Shown here piece by piece: positions 46,856 to 57,311 of a stretch of DNA of 64,000 nt. The stretch's first letter is position 1. Each line of letters opens with the position of its first letter. The notes beneath the pieces were generated by a model. That model was not told the DNA's origin, made no database searches, and was given only the letters and a program-made list of their open reading frames with translations. Origin of the DNA: Candidatus Eiseniibacteriota bacterium (lineage in GTDB: Bacteria > Eisenbacteria > RBG-16-71-46). The DNA is taken from the NCBI GenBank assembly GCA_025360715.1, contig JANYBS010000026.1:5699-69698 (forward strand). Direction: 5' to 3'. The position numbers were made by a program, and so were the translations under genes.

Positions 46856-49468
46856 TTACGGTACCGGGGTCACCGGCGGCGGCACGATGCTCGGCCGCGA
46901 CGGGCTCCGGATACCCAGCGCATTGCGCTCGGAATCGAGCAACTGCTGCGCCTGCGGATCGCCGGGGTGGCCTTCGAGCCAACGCTGCAAGTACTGCAAC
47001 GCGCGCTCGCGCTGCCCCGCCTCGCGCAGCGTGCTGTACGCGCCGTAGTACGGCAGGCCGTAGTTGGGATCCATCTGGATCGCCGCGTCGAACTGGCGCA
47101 CGGCCTCGTCGAGCTTGCCGCGCAGCGCCATGGACACGCCGTAGTAGTACTTGACCTCGGGATTGTTGGGCGACTTCGTGTTGAGCATCTCGAAGAGCGC
47201 CATCGCCTTGGCCGTATCGCCCGCGTCCATGTAGAACCCGCCCAGCGGCAGCAGCACCTCGGCGTAGTCCGGGAACATGCGGCCGATGCGTTCCATCTCG
47301 GAGATCGCCTTGGGCAGCTGGCCGTTGCGGCGGTAGTAGTACGCGAGTTGCAAGTGCGCCGCCGCGTAGTTGCGCGAAAGCGTGGACGCGTTGTCGTCCT
47401 TGTAGACCTTGCGGTCCCACGTGCCGTCCTTCTCGAACAACCCGCGGTACATGAACGTCTCGTAGAGCGCCTTGGTCGTGGCCGGCACGTCGAGGCCTGC
47501 CTTGAGGCTGTCGCGCTTGACCTCGTAGACCAAGCCTTGCAGGGCGAAGTACGGGTCGTAGCCGTAGTGCTCGGGCACCGTCACGGCGAAGTACGGTTGG
47601 CGCTTCCACGTGCCATCCGCGTTCTTCGAGTTCTCCATGATGTGGTGAACCATGTACTCGTTGGTGTAGATGATGTGGCCCGTCTCGTCCTGCACGGCGC
47701 CGCCACCGAGCATCTGGACCGTGCGGTCGTCGAGCGTGATCGGCACCTTGGGCGACTCGTCGCGAAGCTGGCGGATGTACCAGTCCGTGTTGAGCAGGCT
47801 CAGGTTCACGATGCGCACGTCCTTGCGGAAGCCCTCGACCTGCTGGATGTACCAGAGCGGGAACGTATCGTTGTCGCCGTTCGTGAACATGTACGAGTTC
47901 GGAGCGAGCGGCGCGAGCATGTTGTAGGCGTAGTCGCGCGCGATGTAGTTGCCGCTGCGATCGTGCGTGAACCACAGCGTCTTCATGAGCAGGAAAGGCT
48001 GCGCGCACAACAGGACCGTGGCCGCCACGGTGGCGTATCGCTGCCCGGCCCCTTCACTGAACGACTCGCGCACCCAACAGATGAGCCACGTACAACCGAG
48101 GCCGATCCACATGGCGTAGGCGTGGTAGCCGCTCTGGAAGAAGTAGTCGCGGTCGCGGACCTCGTGGTCGCTGAAGTTGAGGAACACGATCAGGCCGGCG
48201 GTGTTGAGGCCAAAGAAGACGAAGTTGTAGAAGAAGCCCTTCTTCGGATCGCGCTTGGCCTGCCAGAACGCGCCAGCCAGACCCAGCAGCATCGGAAGAA
48301 GCGACGTAAAGGCGGCTTTACCCGGGAAGAGCGGCCACTGACGGCTGAAGTAGCGCCAGAACTCTTTATTGAGCTGGTTCTCGAGCGAGGAGCGGCGCAC
48401 GAACATGTTCATCTCGCCGTACTGCTTGCGCTCGAGCAGGTCACGCAGCGTGTTCCAGTTGCTGGGATTGCCCTCGTTGATCGCCGGATGCAGGTTGGCG
48501 CGGATCGGCAGGTACAGGTGCGTGGAGTAGCCGACCACCATGAGCAGCAGCGCCAGCAGGATGACGCGCGCTTCCTTGTGCTTGGGCGCCATCATCACGA
48601 GCGGGAAGACGACACCGACCGCCGCCGCGATCGCGCCGACCGCCGTGAAGTCCGCCTTGCCATAGGCGAAATACATGCCGTAGGCGGCCAGCAGTGCGCT
48701 GATCCCGAACACCCAACCCTGCATCTTGTTCTTGGACAGGAACCAGAAATTGACGATGACCGAGAACAGCAGCACGGCTCCGGCCATCTTCTCGAGGCCC
48801 GCGGGCACGCGCAGGATCGCCAGGAACGGAATGGCGAAGAGCATCGCCACCTTCCAGTCGATGAACGCCACCAGCACGATGAGCGGCGCGCCCATCACAC
48901 CCACGCCCAGGTGCAGACCCACGCTCAGCCACATCACGTAGGTGGCCGCGAGCAGGAAGCCCACATTCGGCTTCTTGTCGTGCGCATCCCACCACTTCAG
49001 GCCCAGCCAGAACACGAGCACCGAGGCCAGGCTCATCATCTGGTAGACCTCGGCCTCGATCGAGTTCTCCCAGAAGTTGTCCGAGAACGCGAGCATGAGC
49101 GCGCCCACGAACGCGCCGGCGATCGCCGCCCACTCCTGCCACGGCTTGCGGTCTTCGCCAAAGGCGCGGCGCGCCATCGACAACGTGCACAGGTACGTGA
49201 GCAGCACCGCGAGCGCGGCCGAGATCGCCGAGACCGCATTGACGCGCTGGGCGATCGTGGCCCAAGGGATGAGCGTGGCCACGCGGCCGAGCAGTACGAA
49301 GAACGGCGTGCCGGGCGGATGCGGGATGCCCAGGATGTTGGAGACGGCGATGAACTCGCCGGAATCCCAGAACGGCACCGTGGGCGTGAGCGTCCTGAGA
49401 TAGACACCCGCTGCGATGAGCAGCGTGAGCAGCGCGACGAAGCGTGACGCGCGCGGGTTGACGTTCAT
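46856..49468 (-). CDS. DUF2723 / TMEM260-like GT-C membrane protein with C-terminal TPRs
   Basis: PTVPFWDSGEFI...LGIPHPPGTP, EAEVY, VRDRDYFF, FTNGDNDTFPLWY; TPR-like C-terminus. Confidence 0.9.
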   Translation of the reverse strand: MNVNPRASRFVALLTLLIAAGVYLRTLTPTVPFWDSGEFIAVSNILGIPHPPGTPFFVLLGRVATLIPWATIAQRVNAVSAISAALAVLLTYLCTLSMARRAFGEDRKPWQEWAAIAGAFVGALMLAFSDNFWENSIEAEVYQMMSLASVLVFWLGLKWWDAHDKKPNVGFLLAATYVMWLSVGLHLGVGVMGAPLIVLVAFIDWKVAMLFAIPFLAILRVPAGLEKMAGAVLLFSVIVNFWFLSKNKMQGWVFGISALLAAYGMYFAYGKADFTAVGAIAAAVGVVFPLVMMAPKHKEARVILLALLLMVVGYSTHLYLPIRANLHPAINEGNPSNWNTLRDLLERKQYGEMNMFVRRSSLENQLNKEFWRYFSRQWPLFPGKAAFTSLLPMLLGLAGAFWQAKRDPKKGFFYNFVFFGLNTAGLIVFLNFSDHEVRDRDYFFQSGYHAYAMWIGLGCTWLICWVRESFSEGAGQRYATVAATVLLCAQPFLLMKTLWFTHDRSGNYIARDYAYNMLAPLAPNSYMFTNGDNDTFPLWYIQQVEGFRKDVRIVNLSLLNTDWYIRQLRDESPKVPITLDDRTVQMLGGGAVQDETGHIIYTNEYMVHHIMENSKNADGTWKRQPYFAVTVPEHYGYDPYFALQGLVYEVKRDSLKAGLDVPATTKALYETFMYRGLFEKDGTWDRKVYKDDNASTLSRNYAAAHLQLAYYYRRNGQLPKAISEMERIGRMFPDYAEVLLPLGGFYMDAGDTAKAMALFEMLNTKSPNNPEVKYYYGVSMALRGKLDEAVRQFDAAIQMDPNYGLPYYGAYSTLREAGQRERALQYLQRWLEGHPGDPQAQQLLDSERNALGIRSPSRPSIVPPPVTPVP

Positions 49469-50505
49469 CCGTTCGGCCTCCGTGGATTCCGTGCTGCTCT
49501 GCGGCGGTGGGGGATTCGCACTGCGAAGAGGATGCCGCCGATGAGACTGACGGCGAAAGCCACCACGAAAGTGGTGATCTGCATCGAGAAAGCGCTTCCC
49601 TTGTCGAGCCCGACGAGCCCGAAGAGAACCATACCAGCGCCTTCTCGTACACCCATGCCGCTCAAGGAGATGGGCAATGACACTATCACCGCGAGAAGCG
49701 GCACGAAAAGGAAGAAGTAGGCCAAAGCCACATGCAAGCCGAGCGCCCGCGCCACCAGGACGTGCACGAATATGCGCATCACCTGCGTGACGGTGGCGAC
49801 TGTGAACAATTCCATGAACATCCGCGGCTGGCCGCGGAAGCCCGCCAGGCTCTCGGAGAGTTCATCCAGCGCGGGCTTGAGGCGCCCCAGGCCGACTTTG
49901 GACAGCAGCCGCTCGATGGTCGCCAGGAGCACCGGATGGAACACCGCCCACAGCATGGTCACCGAGATCGTGAAGAAGATCAGGATGCCGCTGTAAGCCG
50001 CCGCAAGATGGAAGTGGTCGATCGCCGGCAGCGTCGAAACCACAGCCAGGGCGCCCATCGCGACGGTGCCGATCATGCGGTCCAACAAGACCGTCGAGAA
50101 CGCCGTGGCGCGCGAGGCACCCGCGCGCGAGGCGTCCATGACGCGCGAGAAGTCGCCGCCCAGGTTCGCGGGCACGAAGTTGTTGAAGAACAGCCCCACA
50201 TGGAAGTACGCGCACACCTTCCAGAACGGCAGCACGATGCCGACCTTGCGCAGCAGCTTGCTCCACTGATATGCGCCCAGAAGGTTGCTGCCCGCCATCA
50301 TGGCGAATGCGCCCAGCAGCCAGCGGCGGTCGGCGTGCTCGAGATCGGAACTCACCTTGGACCACGGCACCAGGTGGAAGAGCCACGCGATCATCGCGCC
50401 GCTGATCGCCAGCTGCAGCACCAGCAGCAGCGCAGTGCGCGCGCTCGGCGCGCTGGGGCCGCCTGCTCCCCCCGTCGCGCTCGGCGCGTTCGAGGCTTCG
50501 CTCAC
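49465..50505 (-). CDS. Lysylphosphatidylglycerol-synthase-TM / UPF0104 flippase-like membrane protein
   Basis: FFNNFVPANLGGD, DRMIG, LPISLSGMGVREG; start re-set to GTG 50505. Confidence 0.85.
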   Translation of the reverse strand: MSEASNAPSATGGAGGPSAPSARTALLLVLQLAISGAMIAWLFHLVPWSKVSSDLEHADRRWLLGAFAMMAGSNLLGAYQWSKLLRKVGIVLPFWKVCAYFHVGLFFNNFVPANLGGDFSRVMDASRAGASRATAFSTVLLDRMIGTVAMGALAVVSTLPAIDHFHLAAAYSGILIFFTISVTMLWAVFHPVLLATIERLLSKVGLGRLKPALDELSESLAGFRGQPRMFMELFTVATVTQVMRIFVHVLVARALGLHVALAYFFLFVPLLAVIVSLPISLSGMGVREGAGMVLFGLVGLDKGSAFSMQITTFVVAFAVSLIGGILFAVRIPHRRRAARNPRRPNG

Positions 50506-51620
50506 GCGCCCTCCCCTGCCAGCACGTCGAGCGACCGGCGCGCGCAATCGTCCCACTGGAAGCGTGACGCCCACTGCACGCCCGCGTCCGCCAGGCGCTC
50601 GCGCAGCGGCGCATCGGTGAGCACGCGCGTGAGCGACGACGCCAGTGCCGCATCGTCATCGTAGGGCACCAGCAGGCCCGTCTCGTCGCGGCGCACCGAA
50701 TCGCGCAGGCCCGGGCTGTCGGCGGCGACCACGGCGGTGCCGCACGCGCCGGCTTCCACCACCGTGAGCCCCCAGCCTTCCTTGGGACTCGGCTGCACGA
50801 CCGCCCACGCCGCCTGCATGCGCTTCACCTTCTCGGCAAAGGGCAGGAAGCCATGGAAGTCCACGGCGTGCGAGACGCCATGCTTGATTGCCTGCCTCGT
50901 GAGCGCGTCCTGCCACGGCCCGTCGCCGATGATGCCCATGCGCAGGTCGGGGACCTTGTCGAGCACCGCCGACAGCGAACGCAGCACCCAGTCCAGGCCC
51001 TTGTAGCGGCGCAGGCGGCCGACGAACACGAGCGTCGGCGCGACGCTCTTGGGCACCGCGGGATCGAGCTTGTAGCGCGTGTGGTCGAGCCCGCAGTGCA
51101 CCACCTGGATGCGACCCCGCGGCACTCCGCGCCCCACCAGGTCATCGCGCGTGCTCTCCGAGATCGCCAGGAATCGCGAGAGCGCGTACGCGCGCGGGAT
51201 CATCCACTCGAGCGCCACGACGTAACTGGCGATCGCCGGGTGCGCCTCGCGGAACGCCGTGGTGCCGAAGAGATGCGGCACAATCACGGCGACGGGCGCC
51301 TTGCTGAATTGCGCGCAGAAGCACGGGACCTTGTTGATGTCTTCGACGATCAGATCGGGCGTGTTCGCGCCGGAGAACTCGCGGCGCAGCACCCCGGGCA
51401 CGGCGATGTTGAAGTCGTACCAGTCGCCACGCCGCACGATGCGCATGCCGCGATGCTCGCCCTCGGACGGCGCGCCGCGAAAGCCGCTCGCCAGCCAAGT
51501 GACCTTCCAGCCGCGCCGTACGGCCTCGAGCAGGATCTCTTCCAGATGCAACTCGGCGCCGCCGGCTTCGGGATGCGCCGGGTCGCGGAAGTTGACGGCC
51601 AGCAGGTGCCTTGCGCTCAT
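50502..51620 (-). CDS. Glycosyltransferase family 4
   Basis: RDPAHPEAGGAE, VGRLRRYKG, KEGWGLTVVEAGACG; start re-set to ATG 51620. Confidence 0.92.
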   Translation of the reverse strand: MSARHLLAVNFRDPAHPEAGGAELHLEEILLEAVRRGWKVTWLASGFRGAPSEGEHRGMRIVRRGDWYDFNIAVPGVLRREFSGANTPDLIVEDINKVPCFCAQFSKAPVAVIVPHLFGTTAFREAHPAIASYVVALEWMIPRAYALSRFLAISESTRDDLVGRGVPRGRIQVVHCGLDHTRYKLDPAVPKSVAPTLVFVGRLRRYKGLDWVLRSLSAVLDKVPDLRMGIIGDGPWQDALTRQAIKHGVSHAVDFHGFLPFAEKVKRMQAAWAVVQPSPKEGWGLTVVEAGACGTAVVAADSPGLRDSVRRDETGLLVPYDDDAALASSLTRVLTDAPLRERLADAGVQWASRFQWDDCARRSLDVLAGEGA

Positions 51621-52393
51621 CGCTTGCGAGCGACCGTGCCGATGACGTGCGAGGTGTAGAGCGTCCAGCGCTGGCCGCGCAGCGACGCGCGCAGGCCATC
51701 CCAGCCGTTCGACCAGAACGCCGGGCCCTTGGGATGCAGCGGCAGCTTCACGCCCACCCCGCGTTTGAGCACCTCGCGCGTGACGCGGTACCACAGGCCG
51801 GGCACCATCCAGTCGCCATAGGTGCGCACGACCTGCATGCCAGTGGCGGCGCACAGACGCTCGAGCTGGTCGGGCGTGAACTGCGTCTCCCACCCCGCGA
51901 ACCACTTGCCCAGCAGGATGAGCGTGTTCTTCATCACCGTGTAGAGGTGAAAGCTCTGCGGCACGTCGACGAGCATTCGGCCGCCCTTGGCGGTCACGCG
52001 CGCGTTCTCGTTCAGCAGCGGCATCGGGTCGCGAAAGTGCTCGAGCAGTCCCTGATGGAACGACACGTCGATCGCGCCGTCGCGGAACGGCATGCGCGTC
52101 GCGTCGGCCTGCACGAACATCACGTCGATGCCCTGCGCTTTCGCCTGCGCCTTGACCAGCGCGAGCGAGGCCGGCGAGTAGTCGAGCACGATGCCCTTGG
52201 CGCCTTGGCGAGCCAGGTCGAGCAGGTCGCGGCCGGAGCCGGCGCCGATCTCCATCACGTACTTGGCACTCACGGGGCCGTCCGCGAGCACCTCGCGCAC
52301 GAGCCGCCCGCCGGTCGAGTACGTGTCATCGATGTCGGCCGAGTGGCCCTTCCAGTACGACTCCCAGTGTTCGAGCGTAGAGACGCGCGCCAC
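51617..52393 (-). CDS. Class I SAM-dependent methyltransferase
   Basis: MEIGAGSG, ADATRMPF, GLLEHF; start re-set to GTG 52393. Confidence 0.85.
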   Translation of the reverse strand: MARVSTLEHWESYWKGHSADIDDTYSTGGRLVREVLADGPVSAKYVMEIGAGSGRDLLDLARQGAKGIVLDYSPASLALVKAQAKAQGIDVMFVQADATRMPFRDGAIDVSFHQGLLEHFRDPMPLLNENARVTAKGGRMLVDVPQSFHLYTVMKNTLILLGKWFAGWETQFTPDQLERLCAATGMQVVRTYGDWMVPGLWYRVTREVLKRGVGVKLPLHPKGPAFWSNGWDGLRASLRGQRWTLYTSHVIGTVARKR

Positions 52394-52406
52394 GGTTCCT
52401 CCGGTC

Positions 52407-53132
52407 TTACTCGCCCCATTGCAGACGGTCGGCAAGGTACGGCGGCAAGCCGGCCTCACGGACCCGCTGCATGGCGGCGGGAATGTCATAGGTCACGCGC
52501 CGGTGTTCGAACGCGAACCGGGAATCGTCGACGAGCAGCCACGCCGCGCGCGGATCCCCATCGCGCGGCTGGCCCACACTACCCACGTTGATCAGGTAGC
52601 GGCTGCTCTTATCGCCGCGCACGAGTTCCTGGCGCGTGTACTGCACCGTGGTGCCGGCCAGCTCGAACGTGCCCGGATAGTGCGAATGGCCGATGACGCA
52701 CACCTGCTCGGTGCAGCCCGTCATCTCGTACGCGGCATCGGCCGGCGAGAAGACGTAGTGCCACTCCTCGGGCTCGAACGGTGTCGCGTGCACGAGATAG
52801 ATGCCGTGCCACGACGCCGACATGGGCAGCTCGCGCAGGTACGTGAGGTGCTCTTCGGTCAAGTGAGCAGTCGTCCAGCGCGCGGCGGCGGCCGCATCGG
52901 GATTGAAATAGCCGAGCTTGATGCGGCCGCACGCGGCCCAGTCGTGATTGCCCGCGACGGCGTGCTCGATGAGCGGGCGCAGGCGCGCGATGCACTCGTT
53001 GGGCGCGGCGCCATAGCCAACAAAGTCGCCCAGACAGACCATGCCATCGACGCCCACCGACTCGATGTCGGCGAGGACCGCTTCGAGAGCGTCGATGTTG
53101 CCGTGGATATCCGACACGATGGCGAGGCGCAT
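52407..53132 (-). CDS. Metallophosphoesterase (calcineurin-like)
   Basis: SDIHGN, LGDFVGYG, GNHD, GHSH, NVGSVGQPRDG. Confidence 0.93.
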   Translation of the reverse strand: MRLAIVSDIHGNIDALEAVLADIESVGVDGMVCLGDFVGYGAAPNECIARLRPLIEHAVAGNHDWAACGRIKLGYFNPDAAAAARWTTAHLTEEHLTYLRELPMSASWHGIYLVHATPFEPEEWHYVFSPADAAYEMTGCTEQVCVIGHSHYPGTFELAGTTVQYTRQELVRGDKSSRYLINVGSVGQPRDGDPRAAWLLVDDSRFAFEHRRVTYDIPAAMQRVREAGLPPYLADRLQWGE

Positions 53133-53569
53133 CAGAACTCCGCAGCGCGCAGCGAGCGCGCAGCCTTGTCGAGCACACCATTCACGAAGCGCCCCGATTC
53201 CTCGCTGCCGTAGCGGCGCGCGATCTCGATGGCTTCGTCGATCACGACGCGCGCTGGCGAACCCGGGCGCGAAAGCAGCTCGGCCACGGCCACGCGCAAC
53301 GTCGCGCGGTCGGTCGCCGCCAAGCGGTTGAGCGGCCAGTGCTCGGCCGACGCGCGCAGCAGCGTGTCGATCTCGGCGCCGCGCGTTTCGAGCGCGCGCA
53401 CGAGGTCGCTCACGAGCTCACGCTGGTCGTCGGTCAGGTCCTCTTCGGGTGCGCGCAGGTCCCACGCGAACGCGTAACTGTCGCCGGCCACGTCGGCCTG
53501 GTACGCGACGCGGAAGGCGACCTCGCGCGCGCGGCGGCGCTGGCCCGTGACGGGGGTGGACTCGGTCAT
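53132..53569 (-). CDS. nusB: Transcription antitermination factor NusB
   Basis: RRRARE-x-A, DRATLR, VVIDEAIEIARRYG, FVNGVLD; follows ribH. Confidence 0.97.
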   Translation of the reverse strand: MTESTPVTGQRRRAREVAFRVAYQADVAGDSYAFAWDLRAPEEDLTDDQRELVSDLVRALETRGAEIDTLLRASAEHWPLNRLAATDRATLRVAVAELLSRPGSPARVVIDEAIEIARRYGSEESGRFVNGVLDKAARSLRAAEF

Positions 53570-54042
53570 GTGCTCCTCACGGCGCGGCGGTGCCGCGCCA
53601 TCGCGATGCCGGCAAGCGCAACCTGCGCGCCGGTGTTGCCCATCTCGCCGCCGCTACGGGCGGCGGCCTGTTCGGCGTCGTATGCCGCCAGCACGCCGTT
53701 GAGCACGGGCACGCCGGTATCAAGCGCGACGCGCATCAGGCCTTGCGAGGCCGCTTCGGCGACGAGGCGGAAATGTTCCGTTTCGCCCTTGATCACGCAG
53801 CCATAAGCCAACACGGCGTCGAAGCGCCCGGACTCGGCCGCCCACTTGGCTGCGACCGGCAGCTCGTAGCTGCCCGGCACCCAGCGCACTTCCACATCGG
53901 CGTCCGCCGCGCCGCGATGGCGCAACACGTCAAGCGCCGCGTCCACCAGCCGCTCGACGATGTGCTCGTTCCACGTGGCCGCGAGCACGGCGAAGCGCAG
54001 CCCCGTGGCGTCGGATTCCGGCTTGAGGACTTGCACGCTCAC
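53566..54042 (-). CDS. ribH: 6,7-dimethyl-8-ribityllumazine synthase
   Basis: [26 protein letters not shown]. Confidence 0.97.
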   Translation of the reverse strand: MSVQVLKPESDATGLRFAVLAATWNEHIVERLVDAALDVLRHRGAADADVEVRWVPGSYELPVAAKWAAESGRFDAVLAYGCVIKGETEHFRLVAEAASQGLMRVALDTGVPVLNGVLAAYDAEQAAARSGGEMGNTGAQVALAGIAMARHRRAVRST

Positions 54043-55316
54043 TCGCCCCCCAGCGCCAGATCGAGCAGATGGCCCAGCTTGTCTCGCTTGGTCGACAGGT
54101 AGCGCTTGTTGTGGCGGTTGGGTGCGATCTGCAGGCCGACGCGTTTTTCTATTTGTAGACCGTACGCTTCGAGGCCCACGATCTTGCGCGGGTTGTTCGT
54201 GAGCAGCTCGATCTTCTGCAAGCCCAGATCCGCCAGGATCTGCGCGCCGATGCCGTAATCACGCAGGTCGGCCGGGAAGCCCAACTTGAGGTTCGCGGTC
54301 ACGGTGTCGTAGCCCTTGTCCTGCAGCTGGTACGCGCGCAGCTTGTTGGCCAGGCCGATGCCGCGGCCTTCCTGGCGCAGGTAGAGCAGCACGCCGTTGC
54401 CGCGTTTCTGGATCGCCCGCATGGCCGCGTGCAGCTGCGGCCCGCAGTCGCAGCGCTGCGAGCCGAACACGTCGCCGGTCAGGCATTGCGAGTGCACGCG
54501 CACGAGCGCGGCCTGCTTGCGGCTGAGCTTGCCCTTCACGAGCGCCACGTGATGGTCGCCTTCGAGCACGCTCTGGTACAAGTGCAGCTGGAACTCGCCC
54601 TCAGCGGTCGGCAGCGGCACGGTGAGCACGTGGCGCACGAGCTTCTCGCGATGGCGGCGGTACTCGATGAGGTCGCGAATGGTGAGAATGCCCAGGCCAT
54701 GCCGCGCCGCGAACTTTTGCAGCTCGGGCAGGCGCATCATGTGGCCGTCTTCGGTGAGCACTTCGCACACGGCGGCGACCGGATGCAGTCCGCCCAGCGT
54801 GCACAGGTCCGGCGCGGCCTCGGAGTGTCCCGCGCGGCGCAGCACGCCGCCCGGCATGGCCTTGAGCGGGAAGATGTGCCCGGGGCGCACGAAGTCGGTC
54901 GCCTTGGCGCGCGGCTTGGCGAGATCGCGCAGCGTCTTCGCGCGATCGAACGCCGAGGTGCCCGTGGTGGTGCCGGCGCGCGAATCCACCGATTCGGTGA
55001 ACGGCGTACCGAACTTGGACGTGTTGTTGGAGACCAGCAGCTTCAGGTCGAGCCGCTCGGCGACATCGGGCGCCATGGCGGCGCACAGAATGCCGCGGCC
55101 GTGCTTGACCGCGAAGTTGACCATGGCGGGCGTCGCCTTCTGGGCGGCGAAGACCAGGTCGCCTTCGTTCTCGCGGTCCGCGTCGTCGACCACGATGATC
55201 ATCTTGCCCGCGGCGATACGCCGCACGGCCTCTTCAACGTCCAGGAACACGCCCGGGGCGGAGCCGTTGCGGCTCACACCCTTTGCGCGGGGTTTCTTGA
55301 GAGTGGCGGTGCTCAC
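54039..55316 (-). CDS. ribBA: Bifunctional DHBP synthase / GTP cyclohydrolase II
   Basis: [25 protein letters not shown]; [28 protein letters not shown]. Confidence 0.98.
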   Translation of the reverse strand: MSTATLKKPRAKGVSRNGSAPGVFLDVEEAVRRIAAGKMIIVVDDADRENEGDLVFAAQKATPAMVNFAVKHGRGILCAAMAPDVAERLDLKLLVSNNTSKFGTPFTESVDSRAGTTTGTSAFDRAKTLRDLAKPRAKATDFVRPGHIFPLKAMPGGVLRRAGHSEAAPDLCTLGGLHPVAAVCEVLTEDGHMMRLPELQKFAARHGLGILTIRDLIEYRRHREKLVRHVLTVPLPTAEGEFQLHLYQSVLEGDHHVALVKGKLSRKQAALVRVHSQCLTGDVFGSQRCDCGPQLHAAMRAIQKRGNGVLLYLRQEGRGIGLANKLRAYQLQDKGYDTVTANLKLGFPADLRDYGIGAQILADLGLQKIELLTNNPRKIVGLEAYGLQIEKRVGLQIAPNRHNKRYLSTKRDKLGHLLDLALGGE

Positions 55317-55924
55317 GACTGCCTCCCGGCCATGCCGGAATCCTCGAGCAGGCGCGCGAGGTAGCGCGCCAGGAGGTCGACTTCGAGATTCACCCGCCGC
55401 CCGGCCTTGTGATCCTGAGCCGTGGTGACCGCGAGTGTGTGGGGAATGTAAGCGATTTCGCAGCCATCCGGCGTGAGTGCGGCCACCGTGAGGCTGATGC
55501 CGTCTATGGCAAGAGACCCCTTCTCGGGGATGAAGCGGCGCAGTTCCGTGGGCACGCGGATCGTGATGCGAGTGCCATCGCCCTCTTTCGCGTCGACGAT
55601 CACCTCGCCCACGCCGTCAACGTGGCCCTGCACCATGTGGCCGCCCAGGCGCTGCTCCAACCTGAGCGCGCGTTCCAGGTTCACGCGCTCGCCCACCGCC
55701 CACGCGCCGAGCGTGGTGCGCGCGAGCGTCTCGGGGATCGCTTCGACCGCGAAGCGGCCCGGCTCGAGCGCGACGACCGTGAGGCACACGCCGCTGCACG
55801 CGATGCTGTCGCCCACGTGCGCGTCTTCCATCACGAGCTCGGCGGCGAGCCAGAAGCGCCGGCCGGCAGAGCGCTCTTCGAGCTGCGCGACATGGCCGAC
55901 TTCCTCGATGAGTCCGGTGAACAT
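55313..55924 (-). CDS. ribE: Riboflavin synthase alpha chain
   Basis: Diagnostic MFTGLIEE start at ATG 55924, [29 protein letters not shown]. Confidence 0.97.
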   Translation of the reverse strand: MFTGLIEEVGHVAQLEERSAGRRFWLAAELVMEDAHVGDSIACSGVCLTVVALEPGRFAVEAIPETLARTTLGAWAVGERVNLERALRLEQRLGGHMVQGHVDGVGEVIVDAKEGDGTRITIRVPTELRRFIPEKGSLAIDGISLTVAALTPDGCEIAYIPHTLAVTTAQDHKAGRRVNLEVDLLARYLARLLEDSGMAGRQS

Positions 55925-55925
55925 G

Positions 55926-57038
55926 TCAGCGCCCTCCTTTGAATGCCACCCACGTGAGCGTGTCGGCGCCCACGCGCGCAACGCTCTGCACGCGGCCTGC
56001 GGGTGCGCTCGTGAGCGTGGCGCCGAAGGGCGCACACCAGCTGAGCCCCGCGCCGAGCACGCGCGGCGCGGTGAAGAGCGCCAGGCGCTGCACGAGTCCC
56101 ACGCGCAGCCAAGCGCCGCCCAGCAGCGCGCCGCCCTCGATCAGCACCTCGTGATGGCCCTCGCGCGCCAGGCGCTTGGCCAGCGCGAGCGCCGAGACGC
56201 GGCCTTGCACGAGCGGCAGCTTCCAAACGCGCACGCCGCGCGCTTCGAGCGCAGCCACGCGAGCGGCCGGAGCGTTCGCGCCGCATGCGACCACGGTGCC
56301 GCGCGCAAGCGTTCGCGAGAACAGCTTGAGCGTGAGCGGCAGCTTCAGCGCCGTGTCGCAGACCACGCGCAGCGGCTGCGTCGCATTCTTGATGCCGCGC
56401 GCGGTGAGCCGCGGATCGTCGGCGCGCGCGGTGCCGGCGCCGATCACGACGCAATCGCTCGTCGCGCGCAGCACGTGGCCCACGCGCCGCGCCTCGGGCC
56501 CGGTGATCCAGCGCGAGTGACCCTTGGCGTCGGCGATGCGGCCGTCGAGCGTGGCCGCCACCTTCCACGTGACGCGCGGCAGGCCGTGCTCGTGAACGCG
56601 CAGGTAGCTCGCGAGCGTCTCGCGCGCTTCATCGGCGCACAGACCCACTTCCACGCGGACGCCCGCGGCGCGCAGCTTGCGCAAGCCCCGGCCGTTCACG
56701 ATCGCGTGCGGGTCGCGCACCGCGACGACGCAGCGCCGGATGCCGGCGGCGATGATGGCATCGGTGCACGGCGGCGTGCGGCCCACGTGCGCGCAGGGCT
56801 CCAGCGTCACATACAGCGTGGCGCCGCGCGCGGCGGCTCCAGCCTTGGAGAGCGCCATGGCCTCGGCGTGCGGCGCGCCCAGCTGCGCATGCCAGCCCTC
56901 GGCGATCACGCGGCCGGCCTTGACCAGCACGGCTCCCACCACCGGATTGGGCGCGGTGCGCCCGCGGCCACGCTCCGCCAAGCGCAAGGCGCGCAGCATG
57001 AACGCGCGGTCGGCGGCGGCAGAGGAGGCAGTGGGCAT
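55926..57038 (-). CDS. ribD: Bifunctional riboflavin deaminase/reductase RibD
   Basis: PNPVVGAV, HAE, TLEPCAHVGRTPPC, SRWIT, IEGG; start re-set to ATG 57038. Confidence 0.97.
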   Translation of the reverse strand: MPTASSAAADRAFMLRALRLAERGRGRTAPNPVVGAVLVKAGRVIAEGWHAQLGAPHAEAMALSKAGAAARGATLYVTLEPCAHVGRTPPCTDAIIAAGIRRCVVAVRDPHAIVNGRGLRKLRAAGVRVEVGLCADEARETLASYLRVHEHGLPRVTWKVAATLDGRIADAKGHSRWITGPEARRVGHVLRATSDCVVIGAGTARADDPRLTARGIKNATQPLRVVCDTALKLPLTLKLFSRTLARGTVVACGANAPAARVAALEARGVRVWKLPLVQGRVSALALAKRLAREGHHEVLIEGGALLGGAWLRVGLVQRLALFTAPRVLGAGLSWCAPFGATLTSAPAGRVQSVARVGADTLTWVAFKGGR

Positions 57039-57055
57039 GGGAACCTTTCGCGGAG

Positions 57056-57088
57056 AATAGACAAGCCCCGAGGGGACTCCCACGGGGC
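57056..57088 (-). terminator. Putative terminator of the FMN riboswitch expression platform
   Basis: GCCCCG-U-GGG-AGUC-CCC-U-CGGGGC followed by UUGUCUAUU, between the aptamer and ribD. Confidence 0.55.
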
Positions 57089-57164
57089 CGCGAAGGACAA
57101 CGCCATGCGAGGACCGGGCCCGGGGTGCTTGCCGGACTGCGGCCTGTCAGATGCGCCGACCCTC

Positions 57165-57298
57165 CCCTTCTTTCATCCCGACTTTAACGGTCGGCCCCGG
57201 AATCACACCGGGTCTGCCATCAGCCGCGCCATGGGGGCGCAAAGCTGGGGCTCGCGGGCTGTACCGCCGGTGGGGACTTGCGCCCCGCCCCGAAGGAG
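57165..57298 (-). ncRNA. FMN riboswitch (RFN element)
   Basis: Minus strand CUUCGGGGCGGGGCGCAAGUCCCCACCGGCGGUACAGCCCGCGAGC...CAGACCCGGUGUGAUUCCGGGGCCGACCGUUAAAGUCGGGAUGAAAGAAG follows the RFN consensus; upstream of ribD. Confidence 0.96.
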
Positions 57299-57311
57299 AA
57301 AAGCGGGGCGG

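Noticed and set aside
46967-49447. Long plus-strand ORFs (826 aa here; also 12948-14969, 17096-19108, 21834-23861, 33926-35707, 55473-57431)
   Set aside because: Antisense shadows of well-supported minus-strand genes in high-GC DNA; Arg/Ala/His-rich with no recognisable motifs.
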